Below, piece after piece: positions 25,197 through 37,300 of a stretch of DNA of 64,000 nt. The translations under genes and the position numbers were made by a program. This DNA is from Yuukianura sp. NJ FZ-2021. Its lineage: Eukaryota. The notes under the pieces were generated by a model. The model was not told the origin of the DNA. It was given only the letters and a program-made list of their open reading frames with translations, and searched no databases. Location of the stretch: contig CM102288.1 in assembly GCA_046563655.1 (NCBI GenBank), positions 1,488,001-1,552,000 of the forward strand, written 5' to 3'. How positions within the stretch are numbered: the first letter of the stretch is position 1; the number at the start of each line of letters is the position of its first letter.

Positions 25197-25874
25197 TTCA
25201 TCTTTCTAACAAAACAAAACAAAAAGTCAAAATTCATTCAACAAAAATCGTTATCAAAAAAAAGCCCTCCAATTAATTGAAGTCATGTACCGTTACCGGC
25301 GAATATTTTTCCCTTCTGTAATATAGGAAGTAAGTGCTTACCCTTTGACCTCAAGTAGTCGTTTCAACTTGAGAATATTCAGTCACTGTTGGTTTAAATG
25401 GTGTTAACTAATCGTGAAAGGTACTTAATTAAAAAATTAACAGTTAATTTAGTTGCTTACATACGCACTTTGCAACAATTTTTTTAGTCTTTTTCTTTAC
25501 CCTCCCCTCGTCCCCTCACTTGCCCCACTTCGCGTCCTTTGGAATTTCCCTCTTATTTTGAAATAGCCAACAATTCATTTCATTTGCACCTTATGATGAG
25601 GCACACAGTTAAAACTGAATTACAATTAATTAGATCAATTAATCAATTAAAATATTGTGCAAATATATGTTCTTATTCATGTACTCAGCAAAATCAAGAA
25701 TAAAAACAGGGTAAAGTTATTCACCGACTTTCGTGCATTCCTTGGTTAATTTTAAATTTTAGTTAAACGGCAGTAAAAAAGTACTGATAAATCGTCGCAG
25801 TTTGTTGTCTGTTCCAAGGAATTTTGACGTTTAGTAATCGATTGTTTTGAGAATGAGATTTGGTGTTGACTGGA

Positions 25875-28431
25875 TCATTTTTGATTGGGTCCCCAGTCCA
25901 ACCCATTTTGACCTCTTGGAAGCGTACTGCGTTTGTTGGTGCAGAGTACAGAATCGCTTCCAGCGTTGCAATTGATATCCGTTCCTCCAGTGGTACCACT
26001 GTTCGAGCGCTGGACGTTCTCCATGCTGTCACGAGCTCGACCGGCCAATCCATCTTTACGACGTGGAATACACGGAAATACTGTTCGCATTCCAGCTGCC
26101 AGGCGTTGTCCAACCGAACGGGATTCTAAAATAAAGAAATTGTTATGACGGAATGTACACGATTTTTCAAAAACGAATTTTGAACGAACTGCGACGAGAT
26201 GAACTTGGCGACTCTTCGGAAAGATGCGGAGAGTACACAGGGTCCCAGCTTTGGTTGTACTCCATTTGCTGGATAACGTCAATCGGAGAGCCCCGTCGCA
26301 CTTGCAAGTCAATGTTCGGAATTTCGTCTCGTAGACCGAGGATGAAGTCCTGACTCAAATCGTTAGCAACATTTGATGACAGAGATCGACAGGAGTGAGA
26401 AGTCAGTTCACTGCGACCAGCATATGAGAAGTACCAATCAGACACTTCTGGATCAGATGGAGAATTGAGTGGATCGGACGAGTAGAGTTCCAGTACTGCG
26501 TCCAGTAGAGCAGTCGAATCTTGTGGTTCCACGATTTGAATTTCGTCTTGAACTCCAAGCAAATCTTCACTGGGATTTGGAGCTGTTGGGACGCCGGAAT
26601 CGGAAGGCGAGCATTCGTAGCCATGGTTTGGGCATGTCGATGAAATTAATTGTGCTGCCACTTTTTCCAAAGTGTGATGAATAGAGTCGTATTGGACTGA
26701 AGTTGTGCTGGTGATATTGTTTTGTTCATCTCGTGTCTCCAAAGTATCCTGGATGAAGTATTCTTGGATTTGAGTTGTGCTGGCGACAGTATTTTCTTCA
26801 ATCACGGTCTTCCAAGTTTCATGAACGAAGTCGTACTGGACTGGAGTTGGGTTGGCGACATTATTTTCTTGATGCACTTCACCGGAAGTGTGATGAGTGG
26901 AGTCGCATTCTGTTGCAGATGAACTTGCGACGACAGTATTTTCTTCCTCGACGGTCTCCAAACAATCGTGACTGGAATCATATTGGATTGGATTTGTGCT
27001 TCCGACGAAAGTGCTTTCTTCATCTGATTTCTGCAAAGCATCATGACTGGAGTTCAATTGCATTAGAGCTTCGCTTCCACTTGCGACAATATTTTCGTCA
27101 TCCATTGTCTCCGTAATGTCAATGCCAGAATCCGATTGGACTGGAGTTGTCGGTACGCTTGCAAGGTTATTTTCTTCATTCCCTGTTTCCAAATTATCGT
27201 GACCGCTGTAGTTGCGTTCAAGTGGAGTTGTACTTGCGACCCCCGTATTTTCTTCATCGAATGTTTCAAAAGCTTCGTGACTGGAGTCACACTGGATTGG
27301 ACTGGCGCCACCGACAATATTATTTTCATCATTCACTGCCTCCAAAATATCATCTTTGGAATTGCATAACATAGAAGCTGAGCTTGTGAGTTTCTTTTCT
27401 TCATCCACTACTTCCAAAGCATCGTGGTTGGAGTCGCATTCAAGTGGAGTTGTACTTGCGGTCGTAGTTTCTTCCTCAAGGGTCTCAAAAGCATCATGAC
27501 TGGAGTCACATTGGATAGGAGTGGCGCCTCCGACAGTATTTTCATCATTTACTCCCTCCAAAATTTCATTGCTGGAATTGGATAGATTGGAAGTTGAGCT
27601 TGTGAGTTTCTTTTCTTCTTCCACTGCTTCCAAAGCATCATGGCTGGAGTCACATTCGATTGGAGTTGTGCTTGCGACGACAGCGTTTTCTTCATGCACT
27701 GCCTCTAAAGTGTCATGGCTGGAGTCGCATTGAACAAGAATTGTGATTCCGCTTGCAACAGTATTTTTTTCATCTGGTTTCTCCAAAGTATCGTGGTTGG
27801 AGTCGCATTGAAATGGAGTTGAATCTGCGAGGACAGCATTTTCTTCATCCACGGTTTCCAAAATATCATGACTGGAGTCACATTGGATTGGAGTACCACA
27901 TGAGACATTGTTTTTGTTTTCTTCATCCATTGTCTCCAAAGCATCGGGCTGAGATTGGATTGGAGTTGAGCTTGCGACGACATTCTTTTCATCTACTACC
28001 GCCGAAGTGTCTTCAATGGACTCGTTTTGGACTGGAGTTGTGCTGACAATATTTTCTGCATCTACTTTCACCAAAGTAGGATCACTGGAAGCGTGTTGAA
28101 TCGAAGTTGCGCTGGCGACGTTAGTTTCTTCCAGGATGACATCCACGGCGATTTCACAAGTGCATTCTGCTTCCACGTTCTGCGGTTTCTTGTTTCGTTT
28201 CCTGTTCCTTTTCCGTTTCTTTTTCTGGACTCCATTGGCTGTCTCAATTTTTGGTAAGTTCGGGTCCCCCTCGAGTTCATCGTGACCTTTGTCTGATTTG
28301 GGATCTTCAGTGACTTCTTCTTCGCTTTTCACAGTTGACAGGTCACCTTGTGGCGGAGTCTTGGGTTCGAAACCCACGGCTCCGATCTGTACGCCATTTG
28401 CAAGAGCCGCTTCAAGGCTGTTCAGATCCAT
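25875..28431 (-). CDS. Uncharacterised acidic tandem-repeat protein, 2 coding exons
   Basis: Exon 28431-26190 splices (GTTCGT..TTTTAG, 26189-26126) in frame to 26125-25875. Basic NLS-like KKKRKRNRKRNKK followed by about 20 repeats of 24-25 aa. A 5'UTR intron is likely at about 28457-28516. Confidence 0.75.
26660..28130 (-). repeat. Coding minisatellite, ~72-75 bp unit (PIQCDSSHDxLExVDEENxVxxxT)
   Basis: Recurrent plus-strand gactggagtcaca/ttttcttcatcc units matching the peptide periodicity. Confidence 0.9.
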
Positions 28432-29081
28432 TTGTAGGCTTCAGAAACGTTTGTTCTGAAACAAGGGTTAGCTGTTAGAACAAAAATCGATAGCCCAGTG
28501 AATTGATTAGTCTTACCGTATCTCCAGTTATGAATTACGAAAAAAAATTCAGTTTGAGAACGGTTTCTGGAGCCTGACCACGAAGGCGAAGCGCTTGGTC
28601 GTTGATGGTGCCTGAAGCGCTAACAAATCCCAATTTCAAGCGGAGCAATGACTTCTTGGCTGTCAAGTTTCAACAAAGTCAGCAGAAATCCAATTCTTCC
28701 GACGTCCGTTTCCATGGTAACGGAGTTTTGGAGATTGAATCCAACCTGAATAAACCGCGATAAAGTAAAGAAAGAAACGGGTAGGGGTAAATTAATTTCC
28801 CAAGTACTAAGTAATAGGTTATTTAAAATTAAATTTTTCCGAATTTGTTACAAAAGACCTGGAAATGGAACTGGATGTGGTACACCGCAATCCCAAACAT
28901 TTGACGATTCAGTAGCAGTTCCATAATTAAATTGAAATCTAAAACTTAATTTTAACGATATAAATTATACGATAAAATTAATAATTCCTTTACCATATTT
29001 ATAAGTTATAAAATACGACACTGCAATTTATTGCTTATTATTGTTGTCAGGTTAGTTAGTAACCGGGATTCTTCATGCCCC

Positions 29082-29180
29082 TTTCCCGCCAGTTCGTTTG
29101 AATTTCCCGCCATTTTTACATACGATAAACAGGCCTTGCCATTGGTCAATATCCATTTCAAAATGACAGCCGGCGGGAAA
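29082..29180. promoter_or_regulatory. Cluster of three E2F-like TTTCCCGCC motifs upstream of CSN1 (divergent promoter)
   Basis: TTTCCCGCCA at 29082 and 29103 (the second extends into GCCATTTT); GGCGGGAAA at 29172. Confidence 0.5.
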
Positions 29181-29562
29181 ATTTGAAAAAAAAAAGACCA
29201 TATGAAACCATATGTGCAAGGGTGGTTCGGGTGGTTGTGAGTAGCTGTTTGTCCAACCACTAAAAACTTGAGTGCAAATTCATTCATACCGACTGCGAAT
29301 TTTCTCAATTCAAAATTTTCAAATTCAATTTACAAATTTAAAAAGTAAAAAAAGTGTAAAAGAATTGTTTTTGTTTCAGTTTCTTTGTATCGTTATCTAG
29401 ATTTCTACTTGCTTCATCTTACTCGACTTCTGACCTTTGACACAGACACAATATCTTTGTCAACGGTTCAAACAGTACCGATTACGGAATACGACTACAC
29501 GTCAAGTTACTCTACTATTATTAACTGTGTGATTTATAAATCCACTCAGGTAAATCAACCAA

Positions 29563-31639
29563 ATGATGCCTGGAGCAGATTACGAACCTATGCAGATTGA
29601 TTTCCCGGGTGAAGAGAACGACAACGGGATTAATGAAAATGAAGCATTCGTTATTGAAAATCCATCAATGGTAAGCAAACCCGAAATCGGTATCATGAGT
29701 ATCTTATAGTAAGTATCCAATGACATAAAGAAAAACTTAAAGATTAATGTTTATAACTAGGATTTGGAGAGCTACATCAATGCGTTTACCGGCATGGCTC
29801 GTCTGATGCGTTTAGTTCACATTGCCGATCACTGTCCGTCGCTCAGAGTTGAGGCTCTCAAAATGGCAATTCTGCATGTTCAAGGAACCTACAACGTTAC
29901 ATCCTATCAGCTGCTTCACAAAAAGCTCCGAGATGCTCTCTTGTATGTCTATTGATAAAGTTGCTTTACATTTGAACTTTAGAAAGGTTTCCATCAAGTC
30001 AATGCTTTTGTTATGTATTCAGAACATGTCCCTTGCCGGATGTCACAGGAGGAGGAGCTGCACCAGCCGACTTACCTCAATTGGATGCTCAGTGGATTGA
30101 GCAACGGACGAAGAAGGCTGCTCTCAAATTAGAAAAGCTGGACGCAGATCTAAAGAATTACAAGTCAAATTCAATCAAGGAGTCAATCCGACGTGGACAC
30201 GACGATTTGGCTGAACACTATGTTGATATTGGAGATCTTAGTAATGCTCTGAAATGCTTTTCCAGAGCTAGAGATTACTGTACTTCTGCCAAGCACGTTA
30301 TTCACATGTGTCTCAATGTGATCAAGGTAATTTATAACGTAATACTCGTGTTGAGAATATCCAATCTATGTATTTTCTGCTTTCAGGTTTCAATTTATCT
30401 TGGGAATTGGACCCATGTACTGAATTTTGTTGCTAAGGCTGAAAGCACACCGGACGCGGTCGAAACTGGGAAGGTTTGTAAAATCTTGTTATATTTTTAC
30501 AATTCTATAAAACACTCCGCTTATTGATTTTTCGGTTATAGGGATCAGGAAAAGACAATTCTCTAACGATAAGTACTCGTCTGAAATGTGCTGCCGGGTT
30601 AGCAGAGTTGGCATCCAAAAAGTATAAGGCTGCTGCTAAATGCTTCCTCCAGGCAAATTTTGACCATTGTGACCTTCCAGACATGATCTCACCAAACAAC
30701 GTTGCTGTCTATGGCGGTCTTTGTGCCCTTGCAACTTTTGACAGAGAGGAACTCCAGAAGAATGTCATTGCCAGCAGGTAACATTCTAATTTCAGTCAGA
30801 ATTCACACAAAAATTAACAAAGTAACGTTTTTTTTTTCACTTTTCGCTAGTTCTTTCAAACTGTTCCTGGAATTGGAACCGCAAGTTCGTGATATTATCT
30901 TCAAATTCTACGAGTCCAAGTACGGCGCTTGCCTTCGTCTCCTGGATGAAATCCGGGTAAGAATTTTACAGCAAAATCGTACTACATGTTTCAACTTTTC
31001 AATAAAGTTAAAGTTACTGATTTTGAAACTTTGCACAGGAGAACTTGCTGCTCGACATTTACGTTGCTCCACACGTTAGGCATCTGTATGGACAAATTCG
31101 GAACCGTGGTCTTATTCAATATTTCTCACCTTATGCATCCGCCGATTTGGGCAAAATGGCTCTCGGCTTCAATACAACTGTACCAGCTCTCGAAAATGAA
31201 TTGATGGTAGGGTCAAATTCAAGTTCGATGTTAAAAAAGATGTTAAAAGATGTTAAAAATTTCATTTCCCTCCCGGGTTTTAATTCGAATTCTTCATTCA
31301 CTAGGGACTTATCTTGGACGGCCAAATTCAAGGACGTATTGACTCTCACAACAAGATCCTCTACGCAAAGAACATCGATGAGCGAAGTGTTACTTTTGAA
31401 AAGTCACTTCAAATGGGAGAAGAATACGAACGGAGGACAAAACTTATGTTGATTCGAACAGCAATCATCAAAGCTAACATTCAAGTCAAGGTTGGTTGTT
31501 AAAGTCCTCATTCAAGTCCATCACTTTCAACTTCGTTTTGGATTTCTGATTTCTTTTGTTCCGAATGTTTTAGAATCCGCATCGAGATGTTCAGAATGAA
31601 GCCCTGGGAAATAGTAATGTCCGAATGCCAAGAGAATAA
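29563..31639 (+). CDS. GPS1: COP9 signalosome subunit 1
   Basis: [58 protein letters not shown] domain [11 protein letters not shown]. Nine exons: about 29563-29670, 29761-29942, 30023-30326, 30388-30472, 30542-30777, 30851-30956, 31039-31206, 31304-31490, 31574-31639. Confidence 0.96.
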
Positions 31640-32049
31640 GAACAACTGAGTTCACAACTGAAAACTTTATGGTCATATAACTTTATCAATAACGGTAGAT
31701 CTATTAAATACTAACGGAATATTACAACAGGTGAGTGTGATTTCGTGTGTTGCTACGCTAAAGTTGACTGTCTTGCTAATTGATTTGATGATTTTTGAAA
31801 GTAAATCGTTTTCAACAACAACCTTTTCGAATTAAATGTTCAAAAACGACAAAGCTGTTTGTGTATGTCTTCCGGATATTATAAATTGAGGAGTGGAATC
31901 AGCAATTTCCAAGGTGTAACTTAGCCTGCTTCACTAATCGTCAAATTGTTGATAGTTTTTGAATAATTAACATTACTTAATCATTTTATCAATAAAAAAT
32001 AATCACTTATACAAAAGTTGTTCAGTTCAACGAGATGAACAACTTTTGT

Positions 32050-32322
32050 AAAGGTCATTTTTCCGATTTCAGTCATAAATGTACTTGACCTTGACCTTTG
32101 ACCCTTAAGGGGTCTACTTCCGGTCAAATGGGTCACCAATTGTTCACCCCCAGACCATGTCAAGTTCATCTGTGAAGACACATTGGAAATCGGTCCAGCG
32201 GTTCCAGAGGTAGCTTGACCAGCAGACGGACGGACAGACGGACGGACAGACGGACAGACAGACAGACTCGGGGAAAAACATAAAGTAGCTCATACTTTCG
32301 CTACTTAATAAGTCGGCTTATT
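32050..32322. mobile_element. Non-autonomous rolling-circle-type (DINE-1/Helentron-associated-like) repeat
   Basis: (GACR)n microsatellite at 32223-32267 (reverse complement GTCY), preceded by AAATCGGTCCAGCGGTTCC and TGACCTTGACCTTTGACC, followed by terminal hairpins AAGTAGC/GCTACTT and AATAAG/CTTATT. The left boundary is uncertain. Confidence 0.6.
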
Positions 32323-34330
32323 GTTTCGGCATTTTAAACGAACAAAATTGAAGTGAGACAGTTCACCCGCGTAAGCGCGGGAAAATGGGTGAAATTAGTG
32401 TTTGAATAATTTTGGTGGTTGGTGTAGCAGCTACTCTCACAACCCACCCTGTCACCCGATGAATTTGTTTGGTTCATGTAACGGCTGCTGCACAACACCC
32501 CTTGTCACCCACTTGGATTCTGAAGTGAAGTTTAACATTGGGGGATAGGCAGAAGAGAGGAAAAGTTGACAGGAGATTATGCGTGGCAAGAAGGCTCCTC
32601 CCCCTCTCCATCCTTTTTCCCACCACTACTCACCTTCCCATACAAAAAGCACGCTAAGAGCAAAAGACCTATCTCGCCTCTTCGCTCCGTATAATCCCCT
32701 GTCTACTTTTCTCCTCTCCCGAAGGCCTCCCATGTAAAAGACTCTTTCGAAACTTTCAAAAAACACAAGAACAATTCCCATTTTAGAAAATTCTAAAAAT
32801 TAGAACTCTGTTGTAATTTCTAAACCTCCATCGCTCGGCTCGAGTTGCACAACAGTATTTCGCATAATTTGGTGCAAAATTTCTTGCAAAAAAAAAAACT
32901 TTCAAGATTATGTTAAATTTTTAAATTTCTTCGCGATTTCTACAATTTCTTAGCCACTATTCATCCAGCCAAGATGCAAAACATTATGTCACATGTAGCA
33001 CAAACGAAAAAATAAAGATTTTGAAAAAAAAAACGGCAAGTGAAGCTTTTGTTTTAATTTTGGTTTTTTTTCTGCATCTTCACGCCGAATGAAAATTATT
33101 TAACTTTTCTGCTGCTGAGTTTGGACTTCAGTATCAGTTCAGGAACGAAAGAAATTATTTTTTAAGTAGCGTCTGGTTGTAGGAATAAAATTTTCAGCTT
33201 TTTTTTTTGAGGTTCCAATTTTAAAAACTCCAAATTCATTTTCCAAAAAATTCAAAATTGTTTGGAATGAGATTTTACAAAATTTCCAAACTTGTTTGCA
33301 TTTTTTAAAAACTTATCGGTACGAAATTTTGTGTTTGATTTGGAACTTTTTGAAACGTTAAAAAATACTTGAGGTCATTATGCGTGAAAAGATTAGCTTT
33401 CTAACGCATTTTTTTCCTGAGATATGAATTTTTAAAGTTTTTGAATTTTAGAATTTTTTGGAAGAGATTTTACGTGGGGAAGTTAAAGGTTGTGCTTTGA
33501 AACTGTCCGGAGCTATGCGGGGATCCTACGATCCACAAAGGCTCCTTGCCTCCCTCAACTTTTTTCCCACTGGCGGCATTCCCATACAAAATCAAAGCAA
33601 AGGCACTTTTCGTATTCACCTCTTCTCTCCGTATAATCACCGATCTCAATTCTACCAAATTCACAGCTACACTTTAAATTCATAGGATTACAAAATTCAA
33701 AAAATTGTAACTTTCTCGCAATTTCAACAACTCCTTCTGTCTTTTCAAGTTGCGAAACATGATTTTGCTTAATATTCTATAAAAAAAACTTTGCAAAAAC
33801 GCATCTCAAAATTTTATTATTCTAAAGAGAAAATTAAACGAAACTTTTGTTTTTGGAGCATAAATAAATCATTTTTAATTTCATTTCCGTTAGATAATGT
33901 TAAAAGCATTTTATGATGAGGATTTTTACGAAGGAACGAACGAGTTTCTTTTGATACGATTTTTAGCACAGGTACATAACAGTTTGTTTTTTCTTATCAA
34001 CCAACCTCTTAAAGTTAATTTGTGGACACTTTTTCATTTTGTTAACCTAACATCACATTTAGCTTCACGGTTTTTCTTAATTAATTAGAAATGTAAAAGC
34101 AAACAAACCCGAAGTTTTCCCAATATTTTCTGCATTGTCCCATCGATCACATTCGGATGTAACAGTTTGAAATCCCTCTTCGGAAAATACGTTTAAAAAA
34201 ACGATGAAATTGACAATAATTTCATAAGTAGTTTAAGTTAGTGGATGATAATTTCATGAAAATTCATAAGCTTAAGTGCTCATGAGGTGAAAAAGGGAAC
34301 GTTTAGACTTTATAGAGTGAAGGTCAAAGG

Positions 34331-37300
34331 TCAGACAACGCTCTCATGCTCAGTTATACAAGTAGGGGGAGGAACAGAAGTTTTGGAATCTAAAAGTTTA
34401 GTGTTAGCCTCTTCATCTAGTGATGGATAGTGCAGAAGAGAACTTTTGCTAACTGCTGCAGGCGGAGTTGTACTTGGATTGGAAGCAGTCATTCCATTTC
34501 CGTTTAGGATATTTTGGAACCATTTCTTCACAGTAGCACCGCCGCTTCCTCTCTTCTCTCTTCCCCAATTGTCTTTCTTTCTAGGAAGTTGTGGATATGT
34601 TTGATTTGATTTTCTGGATTCTCCTTCATTTCCTCCAACAATTTCTAAACGAAGTCCCGTGTCATCTTCATCAAAGGAATCTGATGATTCTGCAGCATCT
34701 TCCTCATTCTGCGAAGACTCTTGATTTTCCTTCTCACCCTCACAACTTCCAAGGAGATGACAATCTTCTGCTCGTTCATCCAGAGAAGAAACGTCGTCAG
34801 CCTGTGCATGTCCTTTGGGCTGCTGGTAGTAGTGGTCGCTGTTAAGCGTGTTTCGTCTCCTCCCATCCTGTTCTCCTTGACTACACGCAATTAGTTGAGT
34901 AAGATCTTCTGGAATGTCTAATGATTTGGACAGTTTGCGTGTTTTGAGAATCGGAGCAATGAGGGGAGCGTCGATCGCTTCATCTGGAATTTGATCCAGA
35001 GAGTGGAATTCTCTACCATTTCCCAGTGACTTTTTCTTGTGCCTCCCCGTGAAACCGACTTTCTTTCTCACGGGAGATCCAGGAGCGTCTTGCTTCAGTT
35101 CTTGCGCTGACTGGACTTTGGTAATCAAGGTTTTTACGGGAGAAGCATCGGGACTTGCTGGATTAGAGGAGTCACTTGGTGGCTCAATAGTTACTGCACA
35201 GTATTCAGTCACCGGGCGACGAAATCTGGGACGTTCTGGACACTGTCCCGGTCCACCATCAGAACATGTCGAAACAGCACTGATGCTCCCACGCCGTCGA
35301 TTGGAAGGAACTTTGGTTGCATTTGGTTGCTTAGACGGTGTTCTGCGATTGGGTGACGGAGAAGAAGTTCGGTTGACTGCACAATTGCTTCCGTTCTGAG
35401 TACCAGTAGAAAGTTGAGAGTTTCGAAGAGAGTGGGACAGCATGGCAGGGTCAAAGCTTGGACGTCGCAGGTAGTAATTGGAGTTACGAGTTGAAAGAAG
35501 TGGATTCCCAGCTTGGCCAGCACAAAAGGAACCTTGTCGTGAAACGTTGACACTTCCGGCAACTTTGGGTGAAGCTCTTCTTCGAAAACTCGGTTGATCT
35601 GATAAATTCCCTCCCAGTCCTAAGAAAAGCAACCAAATCGTTAGATTTTTTTTTCTCAGAGTTTGAACACAAAATAAGAAGAAAGTCAAGAAAATTCAAC
35701 AAGAAAAGGAAAAGAAAGTCAAGAAAATATTTTCTTTTGCCTTGAAAATGTTTGTTGTAGGCCGGAGGGCGTGAGAACAGTGGTTTGAGATCAGGCAAAT
35801 CCTCAACTTCTTTAGGTTGGATAGCACTTGCGGTGGAAGCCACTAGCCAATGTGTCAACACGTTTCCTTTTCCCTTCAAGTGGACATGACCCCTTTACAA
35901 CAACCAAAAATCAAAAATCAGCCATGTCATAATTTTTTTTTCAAAATCTTCCAAAAAAAACTTACCTTTCTTCCGTGATGTATCCACCAACCAAATCCAG
36001 TGCTTCTTTACACTCATTACTGATATGAATTCTCAGTGGTTCACCGTTGGACTCCATTCGCGAGGCCGTATTGACAGTATCCCCTATTAAAAAAAAGAAA
36101 AGAAAATTCAGTCTTTGCCAAGAATTTGCAAAAATTCCAAAAAATTGCAGAAATTACCGAAGAGGCAGTAGCGTGGCATGGTGAGCCCGACGACTCCCGC
36201 ACAGACCGGCCCAGAGTGCATTCCGATTCTTAGCTTAAGCGTTTCATTCGGCCGATGAGCAATCCTGTACGTGAGAACGGCTTGACGTAGATCAAGTGCC
36301 ATTGACGCAATGTGCCCAGCATGATCTCCGTTCCTCAGCGGACATCCAGACACCTTTGTGCACAAACAGAAAAATATTAGACACAAACCTTATTTACTCC
36401 AAAAACGAGGAGTCTTTCAAGCGGACGTGTTTGGACTATTAATTAAATAAACACTTACGACCATGTAGGCATCTCCAATCGTCTAAATGGAACCCGAAGT
36501 AGCACAAAGAAAGCAAACTTTAATTAAAAGTGATTCTGAAGAAGTTAGAGTAAAAGTGAGAGTGACTTATGTCGAAGTAATTGGTAATTCTACCTCCACT
36601 TTGTACACGTCATATCCCTGGATGATTGAGTCGAACAGTGTGTAGAGATCATTGAGGAAATTAACAACCTGTTGGAACATACAAGAACAGAGCGTAGAAT
36701 TACTACTGGAACCTTCACAAGATGCCCTCTAGCACCCCACCCCACTCTGTTAATTAAAACTCAAATTTCTAATTAACACTTCTTTCACCTTCTTTGTCCA
36801 GGGCAAAAGAGAAAGTCAAACTCAAGGAAACTTCGGTTGAAGTAAACTTTGAGTCCGGTCATTGTACCCCCCAAATTGCATTGTATTGTACCCCCCCATT
36901 AGAATCCTTGGCGGCAAATTCAAAAAAGCAACAAATCGCCCCCTCTACTGTTGATTTGTTTAGTTGCGCATAGATTTGTGTACTGTACCCCCCGTCCTTT
37001 GTTAGGTTAGGTTAACCTAACCTAACCTTAACCTAAAATAGAGGGGGCGATTTGTTGCTTTTTTGAATTTGCCGCCACAGAATATAATGTGGGGGTACAA
37101 TACAATGCAATTTGGGGGGTACAATGACCGGACTCAAAGTTTACTTCAACCGAAACTTCAACTCCAAGTCCATCCACTTACAACAACCACTTCAGAATCC
37201 AATCAAAGAATCACACTTTTCTGTTCACTCAAACTTCAAAATGCACTTGAAAATGTCAAAATCATTCTCACTTTCTCTTCAATGTTCAACGGAAGAGAAA

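Noticed and set aside
25763..26113. 116-aa ORF as the last exon frame of the repeat protein
   Set aside because: Splice phase at 26190/26125 selects the alternative frame ending at 25875.
26660..28130. Regularly spaced repeats as a CRISPR-like array
   Set aside because: The units are degenerate, in-frame coding repeats without unique spacers, in a eukaryotic context with no cas genes.
656..31639. Clustering of RNA-processing and chromatin genes as a functional operon-like system
   Set aside because: Mixed orientations and separate promoters; expected for a gene-dense housekeeping domain.
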